Source: Candidatus Methanosuratincola verstraetei
GTDB lineage: Archaea; Thermoproteota; Methanomethylicia; Methanomethylicales; Methanomethylicaceae
Direction of reading: 5' to 3'
NCBI GenBank assembly: GCA_049570475.1
Contig: CP186953.1
Span: 1 to 64,000 of the forward strand
Length of the DNA stretch: 64,000 bases
Shown here in pieces: positions 18,011 through 28,140 of the stretch. The notes under the pieces were generated by a model that worked only from the letters and a program-made list of their open reading frames with translations, was not told the origin of the DNA and did not search any database. Both the position numbers and the translations under genes were made by a program. Position 1 is the first letter of the stretch, and each line of letters starts with the position of its first letter.

Positions 18011-21000
18011 GTGTCTTCTTGGTCTGTTGGCAGGATCGAAGGTACTGCAGGCACAGAGAGGTTCTCGATGGTCCTGGATCGGCAGGATATCGGGAAGAAC
18101 GACTATGTCCAGGTCAAGCACGAAGGAAAGGACTTCCTGCTAATCATAAAGGAGGTCAAGCGCGCTGGTGACAGCAAGTTGTTTGCCGAGTGCTCCGTCA
18201 TAGGCGCCCCGCCGAAGACGCCCTTCATCCCTGGGTCGGAAGTGCTGGCGGCATCAGAAGAGGCAATAAGGAAGGGGCTGGGCATATGCACTGGGGAAGC
18301 CGAGGGGGTCTACATCGGGAAGCTGAGGAACCTGGACTGCAGGGTCTGGCTGCCGATCAAGAAGATGACGCGCATATTCATTGTCGGGAAGCCCGGATCC
18401 GGAAAGTCGTACACGATGGGAGTCATTGCGGAGGAGTTGATCAAGAAGGGGATCCCGCTGGTCATAATCGATGCCCACGGAGAGTACTCGAGCCTCAAGG
18501 TACCTTCGGACGCGCCCTCTGAGGAGTTTGGGGTCTCCCCCAGGTCTTACTCCGAGAACATAGTCGAGTTCGCCAACCTGGCCTTCAACCCGGGTGCTGA
18601 CCTTGACATAGCCTCCCTCGACTCGACCAGGGCCGAGGACATCGTCTCGCAGATGCAGTGCACGATCATCAACCTCCGCGGGCTTGGGACCGAGGAGCAG
18701 TACCAGGTCGTCCACAAGGTACTGACCAAGCTCCTCGAGGCGATCATGACCATGCAGATCCAGCCGTTTTACCTGGCCCTGGATGAGGCCCACCTGTTCG
18801 CCGGGAGGAACAGGAGGGACGACTCCTCGGTCAGGCAGGTCCTAGAGGCAGTCCAGCGCTTCTCACAGGAGGGTCGGAAGTTTGGAGCCAACATGATAGT
18901 GATGACCCAGCGCCCCCAGCTGCTCGACATGACTGTCCGGAGCCTCTCTGCCACATGGATAATACACCGGCTGACCGACCCGAATGACGTAAGGATCGCG
19001 GTGGAGAGCGGGGGGCTTGGGAAGGACTGGGAGGCTGACATAAACTGGCTCGAGCCCGGGAATGCGGTGATAACAGGCGACGTCGTCGAGAGGACGCCCC
19101 TGCTCGTCCGGGTGAGGGAGAGGGAGACGACACATGGCGCTCCGGGCTTCAACCCGCTTGACTTTGTCTCGCCCGAGGAGCTGGAGAAGATGAGGAAGCG
19201 GATCTCCAAGCTCAAGGAGAGGCTGCTCAGGGAGGGGGCTGCTGCCCAGAAGGGCTTACAGCCGCAGGCTCGGATCCCCAAGTCCGTGCCATCGTTGTAC
19301 CTGCCGGTGAACGTCAGCGAGTCAGACATTCTCGGGCGGCTGAAGGAGGATCGATCAGTCGACGCCGCAGATCTTCTGAGGTCCAGGCTCACCTATGCCC
19401 CCGCCCTCTTCGCTGAGGCGACTGTCGAGTCGAAAAGGAAAGACCCAGACCTCCACCTCAAGGAGCGGATCAGGAGGCTGATCCCTGCCTCCGCGGGCGT
19501 GCAGCCGCTCGACTGGAGGTACGAGTCGGCGTTCGGCATCGATGCGAAGGACGTCCTGGCGCAGCCCGCGTCCCCTGTCCCGCCGAGGGAGGGAGATCAT
19601 GCGCAGACTGCGGCAGCCCTGCTGGATGAGTCGGCAATAGAGAACCTGAAGGGGGCATTCAGGATCTTCGCGGTCTCGAAGCTGACCCAAACCGTGCACT
19701 ACCACCCGAAGCTCGGGGAGTTCTCAAAGCCTGGGGAGGCAATTGAGGACTTCAAGGCCAGGCTGAGGGCGAAGGCCGATTCGATTAGGGCGCAAGACGA
19801 GTCCGAGATCAAGGAGAAGTACAGCCAGCAGCTGAAAGAGGTGCGATCGAGCGCGGCGGCTGCAAAGGAAGAGCTCGCGAGCCTTGAGAAGCTTGTGGAC
19901 TCGATAAAGGACGAGATCAAGTCCCTCGAGAAGGAGAGGGCCAAGGCTGAGAAGGATGGGAGATCGACGCTGAAGGTATCCCAGCAGATACAGACGAGGG
20001 AGGTGAGGCTTGCCAGGCTTGAGCAGAGGCTCGCCAAGGCAAGGGAAGAGATAGTCTCGCTCACGAGGAAAGAGGGCGAGATCCAGGAGATGATCCGGGG
20101 CGAGACGAAGAGGGTCGCGCATGAGCTCGAAACTCTATTGAACGAGCCGCTGGCTAACCTCGTCTTCCAGCCCAAGCCCGAGGAGGTCACGGTAGAGGCC
20201 ATTCAGGTGGTATGGATCCCCAGGATCGAGGCGCTCTTCAGGGTCAGCTTCCATGGCGAGGAACGGGACTTCAGGATGGAGTGGAACGCGGTCAACGGGT
20301 GGGGCAAGTTCGGGGAATGCGCCGAGTGCGGCAAGCAGATCACAGCGCTCGATGGGCCAATCTTCTGCTACACCTGCGGGGAGATCTTCTGCGCTGAACA
20401 CCTGGTGGGCTGCTCGCTGTGCGGGCGGGCTTCGTGCTCTGCCCATGCATGGAAGTGCCCCGAGTGCGGCAAGCAGTTCTGCTCGGACGAGCCATATGTC
20501 GAGTGCGCGGCCTGCGGAAAGAGGATCTGCACCGGGTGTGCCAAGGTTTGCAGGGACTGCGGCGAGGGGAAGGGGTACTGCTCGGGTCATGTAAAAAGGT
20601 GTGGCGTATGCGGCGGCACATACTGCCTCGACCACTATGATAAGCACATCGGCCACTGCAAGAAGTGCGGCAGGGAGCTGTGCGTCATAGAGCAGGTGAA
20701 GTGCGCGGCTTGCGGCGAGACCTTCTGCGAATCGCACGTCTCCAAGTGCAGCGCCTGCGGCGAGGAGGTCTGCGGGGAGCACTCCTGGGCCTGCAGCGCC
20801 TGCGGCAAGCCATTCTGCAAGAAGGAGTTGCCGTACCTGTGCAAGGTCTGCGGCAAGCCATTCTGCAACCAGTGCACGTCGGTCTGCTCGGTCTGCGGCG
20901 AGAGGATCTGCAGGGAGCACATGAGGAAGTGCCCCGAGTGCGGTAGGACGGTCTGCCCCGACTGCATGGTCGAGAGGAAGCGGCTTGGGATATTCAAGAG

Positions 21001-21031
21001 GTCGGTCTGCTCGCACTGCGCGCAGAGGTGA
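18011..21031 (+). CDS. HerA/DUF87-type ATPase with coiled coil and tandem Zn-finger tail
   Basis: GKPGSGKS, LDEAH, RKFG, TQRP; 14 CxxCG repeats; likely GTG start with GAGGT SD. Confidence 0.85.
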   Translation: MSSWSVGRIEGTAGTERFSMVLDRQDIGKNDYVQVKHEGKDFLLIIKEVKRAGDSKLFAECSVIGAPPKTPFIPGSEVLAASEEAIRKGLGICTGEAEGVYIGKLRNLDCRVWLPIKKMTRIFIVGKPGSGKSYTMGVIAEELIKKGIPLVIIDAHGEYSSLKVPSDAPSEEFGVSPRSYSENIVEFANLAFNPGADLDIASLDSTRAEDIVSQMQCTIINLRGLGTEEQYQVVHKVLTKLLEAIMTMQIQPFYLALDEAHLFAGRNRRDDSSVRQVLEAVQRFSQEGRKFGANMIVMTQRPQLLDMTVRSLSATWIIHRLTDPNDVRIAVESGGLGKDWEADINWLEPGNAVITGDVVERTPLLVRVRERETTHGAPGFNPLDFVSPEELEKMRKRISKLKERLLREGAAAQKGLQPQARIPKSVPSLYLPVNVSESDILGRLKEDRSVDAADLLRSRLTYAPALFAEATVESKRKDPDLHLKERIRRLIPASAGVQPLDWRYESAFGIDAKDVLAQPASPVPPREGDHAQTAAALLDESAIENLKGAFRIFAVSKLTQTVHYHPKLGEFSKPGEAIEDFKARLRAKADSIRAQDESEIKEKYSQQLKEVRSSAAAAKEELASLEKLVDSIKDEIKSLEKERAKAEKDGRSTLKVSQQIQTREVRLARLEQRLAKAREEIVSLTRKEGEIQEMIRGETKRVAHELETLLNEPLANLVFQPKPEEVTVEAIQVVWIPRIEALFRVSFHGEERDFRMEWNAVNGWGKFGECAECGKQITALDGPIFCYTCGEIFCAEHLVGCSLCGRASCSAHAWKCPECGKQFCSDEPYVECAACGKRICTGCAKVCRDCGEGKGYCSGHVKRCGVCGGTYCLDHYDKHIGHCKKCGRELCVIEQVKCAACGETFCESHVSKCSACGEEVCGEHSWACSACGKPFCKKELPYLCKVCGKPFCNQCTSVCSVCGERICREHMRKCPECGRTVCPDCMVERKRLGIFKRSVCSHCAQR

Positions 21032-21169
21032 GCGGCTGGCGAAGAAACGGGCGGTTGCCCCAGGGGGCGGCGAATGGGACCGGCGCTGCAAGGCTGGCAT
21101 AAAAAGCCGGCGGTAAGCCGCCCATGAAGAGGCACAGGCAGCAAGCCAAGGAGGCGCCCTGGCAGGATG

Positions 21170-21592
21170 CTACTCCGTCGCGAACTCCTTCACTTCCAGG
21201 GCGATCACGGCCCTGCTCTCGAGTATCTTTCTCTTCACATCCTCGATCGGGATCCCAGACTGCGACGCGTCCGCGACGACAATCCACTCTGCAAGGTCGC
21301 CTTTCTTGATGGTCCTCGAGCTGGACATCATCAGGTCTAGGTTCGCGTCTCCGAGCACCTTGGCTGCCCTCGCAAGCGCCCCTGGCCTGTCGGGTATCTT
21401 CAGGTGCAGCTCCACAAGGTGCGCATCAGGACCCGCGAAGAGCGAGATGGAAGCGCGCTTCTCCTCCCTCTCAAGCTTCACCGTCACATATGTGCCGCTC
21501 TGGAGGCCTAGCTCTTCCCTGACCCTGAGGGGCACAGTTATGCGCCCTTTCGAATCCACCCTGACTATCTCGTGGTCGTGCACCATCCTCAA
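21170..21592 (-). CDS. AbrB/MazE-type DNA-binding protein fused to ACT domain
   Basis: VDSKGRITVP...VREELGL; PDRPGALA. Confidence 0.88.
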   Translation of the reverse strand: MRMVHDHEIVRVDSKGRITVPLRVREELGLQSGTYVTVKLEREEKRASISLFAGPDAHLVELHLKIPDRPGALARAAKVLGDANLDLMMSSSRTIKKGDLAEWIVVADASQSGIPIEDVKRKILESRAVIALEVKEFATE

Positions 21593-21712
21593 CCATCCAT
21601 GAGCACGTATTCCGATCAGATCTCAACTGTCTTACAGATCTCTGTATTGGTTAAATATTTAAGGGGACGATTTGATATATACTCTGCTACAATCGATACG
21701 GATGTGAACAAC

Positions 21713-22024
21713 ATGGCAGAAACACCTACAACACCAAGTGAAGTAAAGAAGCCTGAAATGCCAAGGGATGTAATTCTGGTCGGCAAGAAACCAGTGATGA
21801 GCTATGCTATGGCAGCTCTCATGCAGCTCAATGAGAGCGGGAGCATAACCATAAAAGCCAGGGGAAACGCCATCTCGTCTGCAGTCGACGTTGCCGAGGT
21901 AGTCTCGAAGCGGTTCATGACCGGAAGCACGGTGCAGAAAGAGGTTACCATTGGCACAGAAGTCCTAGGCGACCCGCCGAGGAACGTCTCGACAATCGAG
22001 ATCAAGCTGACCATCAAGAAGTAA
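21713..22024 (+). CDS. albA: DNA/RNA-binding protein Alba
   Basis: VGKKPVMSY, IKARGNAISSAVDVAE, VSTIEI; start refined to ATG 21713. Confidence 0.95.
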   Translation: MAETPTTPSEVKKPEMPRDVILVGKKPVMSYAMAALMQLNESGSITIKARGNAISSAVDVAEVVSKRFMTGSTVQKEVTIGTEVLGDPPRNVSTIEIKLTIKK

Positions 22025-22133
22025 GCCCTTGACGGACTCTGGCAATAGGCTGTGAAACAACCTATTTTTATCTAATTTTATCTATTATTTTTGCTGGATT
22101 GAGCGCGTTTCTGATTTGGGAGAGTGGTTGTTT

Positions 22134-22730
22134 ATGGCAAGGATAATAAAAGTTGGCGTTTTGGCATTCCCGGATCTTGAGGAACTCGACCTCGCAGGGG
22201 CTTGGGAGGTGCTCGGCGCGACAAGGAGGCTCTTCAGGGAAGGCGTATTCAAGGATGCTTACTTCGAGCTCGAGACGGTCGGGAAAGAGACCGGGCCTGT
22301 AAAGTGCTACCACGACCTGAAGATCGTGGTGGAGAAAAGGCTGGATGCGCTTCCAGGGCACGACGTGCTTTTTGTCCCAGGCGGCCCTGGGAGGCTCAAG
22401 GCGCAGAAGGACAGCGCGATACAGGAGGCAGTCAGGAAGTTCTACGAGAGCGGGAAGATCATCGCCTCGGTCTGCACGGGGGCTTTCATACTCGCCGAGG
22501 CTGGGATCCTCAAAGGGAAGAAGGCAACTTCTTTCCACACAGTGGTGAACCAGCTTTCCGGGTACGGGGCATGCCCCTTGAAGGAGAGGGTTGTCGTGGA
22601 CGGAAATGTTGTCACAGGCGCTGGGATATCCTCCTCGATAGATGTTGGGATAAAGCTGGTCGAGATCATGATGGGCAGGGAAGCGGCAGAAACTGTCACC
22701 CAGTGGGTTGAGTACTGCCCGCCCTCCTGA
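22134..22730 (+). CDS. DJ-1/PfpI family protein
   Basis: EELD, VPGG, SVCTGA, GAGISSSID. Confidence 0.9.
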   Translation: MARIIKVGVLAFPDLEELDLAGAWEVLGATRRLFREGVFKDAYFELETVGKETGPVKCYHDLKIVVEKRLDALPGHDVLFVPGGPGRLKAQKDSAIQEAVRKFYESGKIIASVCTGAFILAEAGILKGKKATSFHTVVNQLSGYGACPLKERVVVDGNVVTGAGISSSIDVGIKLVEIMMGREAAETVTQWVEYCPPS

Positions 22731-22862
22731 TGTGCGTCGAGATCGCAGCCGATACTAGGGTGCTAATGCCATAGGGCGGCTCTTTCCCGTTTTTCATTCG
22801 TCCGGTGCTGGCATGCCACGCGCAACGCTTATTATGGATGGCGCAGCCCTTGATTAGGATGG

Positions 22863-23435
22863 TTGACCATGGATCTTGCGGCGATCCTCCTCATCGCAGT
22901 CGGGCTTTCCATGGACTCGCTCGCGGTAGCGGTCGCAAGCGGCATAGCGCTGAAGGAGATCGGGGCAGGCGGGTCCCTCAAGATAGGGGCGTTCTTCGGG
23001 CTCTTCCAGGCAGGGATGCCAGTCATTGGGTGGCTCGGGGGGTCCGCGTTCATGTGGCTGATATCCGGGTATGACCACTGGGTTGCGTTCTTTCTGCTCG
23101 CATTCATCGGGGGAAAGATGGTCTACGAGGCGGTCTGGGACTCTGACGAGGTCTCGGGTAAGAACCCGCTTTTGATCGGCCACCTCCTAGTCATCTCCGT
23201 TGCGACCAGCATCGATGCGCTCGCTGTCGGCCTGGGGTTCTCCGCGCTGGGGATCCCTATCCTGGTGCCCGCGGCTGTGATAGGCGCCGTTTGCTTCGCG
23301 ATCTCTTCCACCGGGGCCTACTTCGGCAACCGCGCCGGCGAATACCTCGGCGACAGGGTCAAGGCGATAGGCGGGATCATCCTGATTTCCATAGGGCTGA
23401 GGATACTCCTGGAGCACCTTGGGGTCATCGGCTGA
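22863..23435 (+). CDS. mntP: manganese efflux pump MntP
   Basis: GLSMDSLAVA, ATSIDALAVG. Confidence 0.92.
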   Translation: MTMDLAAILLIAVGLSMDSLAVAVASGIALKEIGAGGSLKIGAFFGLFQAGMPVIGWLGGSAFMWLISGYDHWVAFFLLAFIGGKMVYEAVWDSDEVSGKNPLLIGHLLVISVATSIDALAVGLGFSALGIPILVPAAVIGAVCFAISSTGAYFGNRAGEYLGDRVKAIGGIILISIGLRILLEHLGVIG

Positions 23436-23452
23436 GGCTTTGGTGATCGGGG

Positions 23453-24103
23453 ATGCGCATGCAGAGGATCTCAACGGTCTCGTTCGATATGGACGGCACG
23501 CTGGTCACCCCGTCGTTCGCAAACCTGATCTGGCTCGAAGTCCTGCCCCAGCTGGTCTCCGAGTCGTGGGGGATAGGCATCGACGAGGCGAAGGCGCAGC
23601 TCTTTGCAGATTACAAGTCGATCGGGCCCAACCGCATGGAGTGGTATGACCTCTCTTATTGGACCAAGCGCTACCGGCTCGAGATAAACCCGAGGAAGCT
23701 CCTTCTCGAGTACAAGGAGGCTGTTACCCTCTATCCCGAGGTCGTCGAGGTGCTCGAGGATCTGAGGAATCGTTTCGACCTAATTGTGACATCAAACTCA
23801 CACCGGCTGTTCCTGGACGTGACCTCAGAGCCGCTGGATGGGTACTTCAAGCGGAAGTTCTCGACGATTTCTGACTTTGGCATGATGAAGGACACCGCGT
23901 CCTACCGCAGGGTCTGCGATGAGCTCGGAATAAAGCCGAATGAGATGGTGCACGTCGGGGACAGCCTCGAGCTGGACTATGTACGTGCCAGGAGGGCGGG
24001 TGTCAGGGCATTCTACTTGGACAGGGAACGGAAGAAACTCGGGAGGAGGTTCATCCCGGACCTGAGGGAGCTGAGGAACCGCCTGCTCGAAGGCAGGGTC
24101 TAA
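23453..24103 (+). CDS. HAD family hydrolase
   Basis: FDMDGTL, TSN, K, VGDSLELD. Confidence 0.9.
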   Translation: MRMQRISTVSFDMDGTLVTPSFANLIWLEVLPQLVSESWGIGIDEAKAQLFADYKSIGPNRMEWYDLSYWTKRYRLEINPRKLLLEYKEAVTLYPEVVEVLEDLRNRFDLIVTSNSHRLFLDVTSEPLDGYFKRKFSTISDFGMMKDTASYRRVCDELGIKPNEMVHVGDSLELDYVRARRAGVRAFYLDRERKKLGRRFIPDLRELRNRLLEGRV

Positions 24104-24328
24104 TCCACTCTTCGAGCCTTTTAATTCAACTTGTGGAACAAATGCGCAACTTTTGTGGGCATGTCCTGTGCGGGCTTCGACAGTAAGTTCAACTGCGCCT
24201 CAGAAAATTCTGCACGGTGTAAACCAGTGGAAGACCCCTCTGGGCTTCTGCCCTCCCGTATCACCCAAGTGGCGCGTGAAAAAGATAAAACTGCATTTTG
24301 GAACGCAATTGAAAAAATTTTTGGCAGG

Positions 24329-24679
24329 TCATTGGCTCTGCCCCTCTTCGAAGAGCTCCACCAGGATCCTCGCCTTCACCTCATTGCTCGTGAAGTGGGG
24401 CATCTTATCCCCGAGATCGAGAGCGAAAACGACGGGGTTGCCCATCGAGTCCGTGAACCGAACCTCTGCGATGAACTTCTTCTTGGGGCCGGTCTCGACC
24501 ACCTTTGTCATCGCCTCGTATATCCTGCTGAGCGCCATCTGCAGCGCTATTGGGCTCGACATGTCCTGGGGCGTGATCGCGACCTGCGTGAAGCCTGCGA
24601 GTACCTCGCCAACCTTGGCAGATCCGTTGAATATGCCTATGCTCTTCTCCTTGTCTTTATCTACACCTTCCCTCTCCAT
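24329..24679 (-). CDS. hypothetical protein
   Basis: Typical codon usage, GGTGA SD; family not recognised. Confidence 0.7.
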   Translation of the reverse strand: MEREGVDKDKEKSIGIFNGSAKVGEVLAGFTQVAITPQDMSSPIALQMALSRIYEAMTKVVETGPKKKFIAEVRFTDSMGNPVVFALDLGDKMPHFTSNEVKARILVELFEEGQSQ

Positions 24680-24775
24680 TTCGACTCACCACAGAAAGAA
24701 AAACAGCTGCATGCTATTATCTTTTAGCAGAGGCACCATTTATTGAATTGATCGCCTCCGTCTCAAGTCTGCGAT

Positions 24776-25273
24776 TCAGCCCTTCTTGAACGCGGCCCGG
24801 AGCGGGTAGGCGTTGACTACTCCTATCCTAGAGAGCTCCGCATGCCCGAGCCTTATCACTTCCTTGAGCGCCTCATTGACGTCCTTGACGCCTGCCCTCA
24901 TCATGTCGTCGAACAGGCGCAGAAGGCCGACGCTCCAGTACTCTGTGAGGTAAGCCTTGACCCGCTCGACGTCCTTTGGATCCGCCTTCCTGACGCCGAT
25001 CTTCTTCGGCTTCGGGGGCTCGATCCCGCAACCGTCGTCGCAGAAGCCCTCTGGGGCAACCGCCTCCCCCTTTTCGACAAGATCGCAGAGGACCATCCTG
25101 AGCGTGTACTTGCCTATCCCCTCGCTCTCTGCCCATCGCTCGAGCTCCTCGTAGTCCACGACGGTCCCGATCTCGCCCAGCTTCTCGATGATCTGCCCCG
25201 CTATGTCTGAAAACGGATCGCTGCTTGCCCTGCCGCCGCCAGATGCCAAGCTTAACCCCTTCCCAAGAGACAA
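24776..25273 (-). CDS. hypothetical protein, possible tandem winged helix
   Basis: Typical codon usage; VLCDLVEKGE and ALKEVIRLGH resemble wHTH ends. Confidence 0.65.
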   Translation of the reverse strand: MSLGKGLSLASGGGRASSDPFSDIAGQIIEKLGEIGTVVDYEELERWAESEGIGKYTLRMVLCDLVEKGEAVAPEGFCDDGCGIEPPKPKKIGVRKADPKDVERVKAYLTEYWSVGLLRLFDDMMRAGVKDVNEALKEVIRLGHAELSRIGVVNAYPLRAAFKKG

Positions 25274-25543
25274 TAAGACAGAATCGATCTATCCCTTGAC
25301 TTTTTTAAGCCTTCTCTCCCTCTTCCTTTCCCTCTTTGGTCAGTGCTTTTGCAAGCTGCCCTCGCCCAGATTGCGTGATCTCTCCCTGTCCGTTTGATAC
25401 CGATCCCCGCACCATTTCATTCCTCTTTTTCTCGATGGTTAACGCGTTGCTATTTCAAGCCGCCCGATCCTAAAGGGCCAGCCATCGAAGAAGGGTTATA
25501 AATTCGGAGGGAGAGATTGATAACACAATTGGGAGTGCGTTCT

Positions 25544-26011
25544 ATGGTTGAGGCTAAAAAGGTTAGCGAATCTGCACTGGTTTCTGTAAGGTGGATGTTC
25601 CCTTCAGACGCGAACCCCGCCGGGAATGTCTTCGGGGGATCGATCGTGAGGTACGTGGACGAGGTGGCTGCAGCCGTGGCGATGAGGCATGCCAGGAAGA
25701 ACGTTGTGATAGCCTCGATGGACAGGATGGACTTCCACACGCCGGTGAAGGTAGGGGACTTGATTATCCTGAAGGCATCGGTTAACTACGTCGGCAGGAC
25801 GTCCATGGAGATCGGCGTCAGGGTGGAGGCCGAAAACCTGAGGACGGGCGAGGTGAGGCACGCCGCATCGGCATATGCCACAATGGTAGCCCTGGACGAG
25901 GCTGGGAAGCCGACCGAGGTGCCCAGGCTGATTCCCGAGACCGAAGAGGAGAAGAGGAGGTACCGCGAAGGCGAGGCCAGGAGGCAGGCTAGGCTCAAAG
26001 CGGTCAAGTAA
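25544..26011 (+). CDS. acyl-CoA thioesterase (hotdog, YciA-like)
   Basis: DANPAGNVFGG...DE, VGRTSMEIGV. Confidence 0.92.
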   Translation: MVEAKKVSESALVSVRWMFPSDANPAGNVFGGSIVRYVDEVAAAVAMRHARKNVVIASMDRMDFHTPVKVGDLIILKASVNYVGRTSMEIGVRVEAENLRTGEVRHAASAYATMVALDEAGKPTEVPRLIPETEEEKRRYREGEARRQARLKAVK

Positions 26012-26076
26012 GGGAAGCGCGAGGATTTCAATGCCGGCGCGCATCCAGCCGGAAACTGCTTCCATTGAGGTCTAAC

Positions 26077-26490
26077 TCAAGACTTGATCCTGTAAGCCAG
26101 CCCGTCTGCTAGCGCAACGACCTTACCGTCGCCGTTTGTTATCCTTATTCGGCAAAGCGCAGTGGTGGATCCGGCACTCTCCTCTTGGGCTTCGGCGATG
26201 AGCCTCTCCCCGTGCTTGGTCGGCCGCCTGTAGTTTATGTTCATGGAAAGCGCAACAGACTTTACGCCGCCGGAGTTGCAGCAGACCGCAAAGGCAATGT
26301 CAGCGAGGGCGAAGATCGCCGAGCCATGGCACGAACCATAAGCGTTCAGCATCCTCTCGTCGACGACCATTTCAAGTAGGCACCTCCCCGGCCCCCATTC
26401 CAGCATCCTCACCCCCAACAGGGATGCGATCCGATCCTTCGAGAGGAGCTCCTGCATGTCGGTGTACGGCTCTTCCCTGAACATATCCAC
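26077..26490 (-). CDS. PaaI family thioesterase
   Basis: NAYGSCHGSAIFALAD. Confidence 0.9.
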   Translation of the reverse strand: MDMFREEPYTDMQELLSKDRIASLLGVRMLEWGPGRCLLEMVVDERMLNAYGSCHGSAIFALADIAFAVCCNSGGVKSVALSMNINYRRPTKHGERLIAEAQEESAGSTTALCRIRITNGDGKVVALADGLAYRIKS

Positions 26491-26599
26491 ACCAACAGAA
26501 GAGTCTCACGCTGAGGCTGTTTAACTCTATCGGTGGCATGTCCACCTAGTTCATGGCGGCTCACTGGATGGAAATGCTTCTCTTACCGGCGAGCCTTGA

Positions 26600-28051
26600 T
26601 CAGACATATGCCTTCTCTTTCTTGGCGCGCAACGCATCCATGAGCTCCCTGCTGAAGAGGGCCAGCACCGGGAAGAGCTCCAGCCTGCCGAACCACATGG
26701 AAGCGATCAACAGGGCCCTTCCTGCAGGCGGAACCTCTGTGACCGGGTAGAATGCAGGGCCCACGTTGCCCTGGGCGGAGGCGACAAGCGAGAGGGCGCC
26801 GAGGGGATCGGGCACCATGGTAGACATGATGATGAGCTGGACAAATATTGCAAAAATGTACAGGAAGACGAATGCGCCAACCCTCACGGTGTAGCCTTCC
26901 TCGAGCGCCTTGCCTCCGATCTTGATTGGCTTAACAGCTATCGGGGGGAGCGAGATCTTGCTGATCTCCATCTTCGCAGCTCGGTACATGACAATGAACC
27001 GCCACACCTTCATCCCCCCTGCTGTGGAACCTGAGCATCCGCCGATCACCATGAGCAGGAGTAGGATCGACTTTGTTGCGAGAGGCCAGGCATTCAGGTC
27101 CACGCTCGAATAGCCCGTGGTCGTCATTATCGAGATCGTATTGAAGAAGCCCTCGAGCAGCGCGTACCCCGGGTCGAAGCCGTGAAATATCAGGATAACT
27201 GCCACCAAGAGGCTACATACCAGCAAGATCCCTATGAGGAACTTCGTCTCAACGTCCCTGATTATGCGCTTGTAGTCGAGCCTCAGGATATTGTAGAATA
27301 GCGAGAAGCTTATTGCCCCTATCGTCATGAAAACACAGAGGGCGGCTTGGATCTCGGGCTTCCCGAAGTAGAGGATGCTGCTCTTGGTGAGGAATCCCCC
27401 TGTCGAGAGGGCAGTCATCGCAGTGTTGATCGCATCGAAGGGCGGCATGCCCAGCAGCAGAAGCACGATTGCGCATACCGCCGTCAGGACCGAGTAGATC
27501 AGCCAGATCCTTTTAATTGTGGCGATTGTGTTTATGGTGAACTTCTCTTCCCTCCCCTCGAGGTGGTAGAGCCTCCAGCTCCCTATCCCCCCTCCAACGA
27601 GTATCAGCGTGAAGAGGAGGATTATCCCAACCCCCCCTATCCACTGGGAGAGGCTCCTCCAGAAGAGTATTGCATGCGGCACGCCCTCAAAGTCGGTGAT
27701 CAGGGTCATCCCTGTAGTAGTGAATCCGGACATCGACTCGAAGAGCGCGTCCAAGGGGTTGAAGCCCAGGATCGCGGCGAATGGGATCGCCCCGATCGCC
27801 GAGATCAGCATCCAGCCTACCGCAGCGATCACTATCGAGGAGACCCTCGAGTAGCTCTCCCTAATCCTGATCTTCCTCCTTGCCAGAAATGAGATTGAGG
27901 CGACCGCGATCCCAGTCGCCAGGAATGGGACTGCGCTCTCAAACTCTGCAAAAAACAGCGCCGGGATCGCTGGGAGGAGCAGGATCCCGCCAAAGATCAG
28001 GAGGAGACCCAACAGCCCGCTGAGGATCTCTTCCTTCACCTCTTCGATCAT
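26600..28051 (-). CDS. trkH: Trk potassium uptake membrane protein
   Basis: SGFTTTG, STGGF, TTTGY and GGCSGSTAGG P-loop repeats. Confidence 0.93.
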   Translation of the reverse strand: MIEEVKEEILSGLLGLLLIFGGILLLPAIPALFFAEFESAVPFLATGIAVASISFLARRKIRIRESYSRVSSIVIAAVGWMLISAIGAIPFAAILGFNPLDALFESMSGFTTTGMTLITDFEGVPHAILFWRSLSQWIGGVGIILLFTLILVGGGIGSWRLYHLEGREEKFTINTIATIKRIWLIYSVLTAVCAIVLLLLGMPPFDAINTAMTALSTGGFLTKSSILYFGKPEIQAALCVFMTIGAISFSLFYNILRLDYKRIIRDVETKFLIGILLVCSLLVAVILIFHGFDPGYALLEGFFNTISIMTTTGYSSVDLNAWPLATKSILLLLMVIGGCSGSTAGGMKVWRFIVMYRAAKMEISKISLPPIAVKPIKIGGKALEEGYTVRVGAFVFLYIFAIFVQLIIMSTMVPDPLGALSLVASAQGNVGPAFYPVTEVPPAGRALLIASMWFGRLELFPVLALFSRELMDALRAKKEKAYV

Positions 28052-28140
28052 GTTCAGACACCGGTTCTGGACAGAACGCCTATTTTAAATTTATATATAT
28101 GTATTTATTGATAGTTGAATCCGAGATGGCGTCTTGATTT

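Noticed and set aside
20135-21100. Long antisense or alternate-frame ORFs (e.g. 20135-21100, 7498-8418, 38801-39730, 5339-6127)
   Set aside because: Shadows of well-supported genes in GC-rich DNA; no motifs
24221-24240. ORB-like CCAGTGGAAG
   Set aside because: Single partial match, no G-string, AT-rich unwinding element or cdc6
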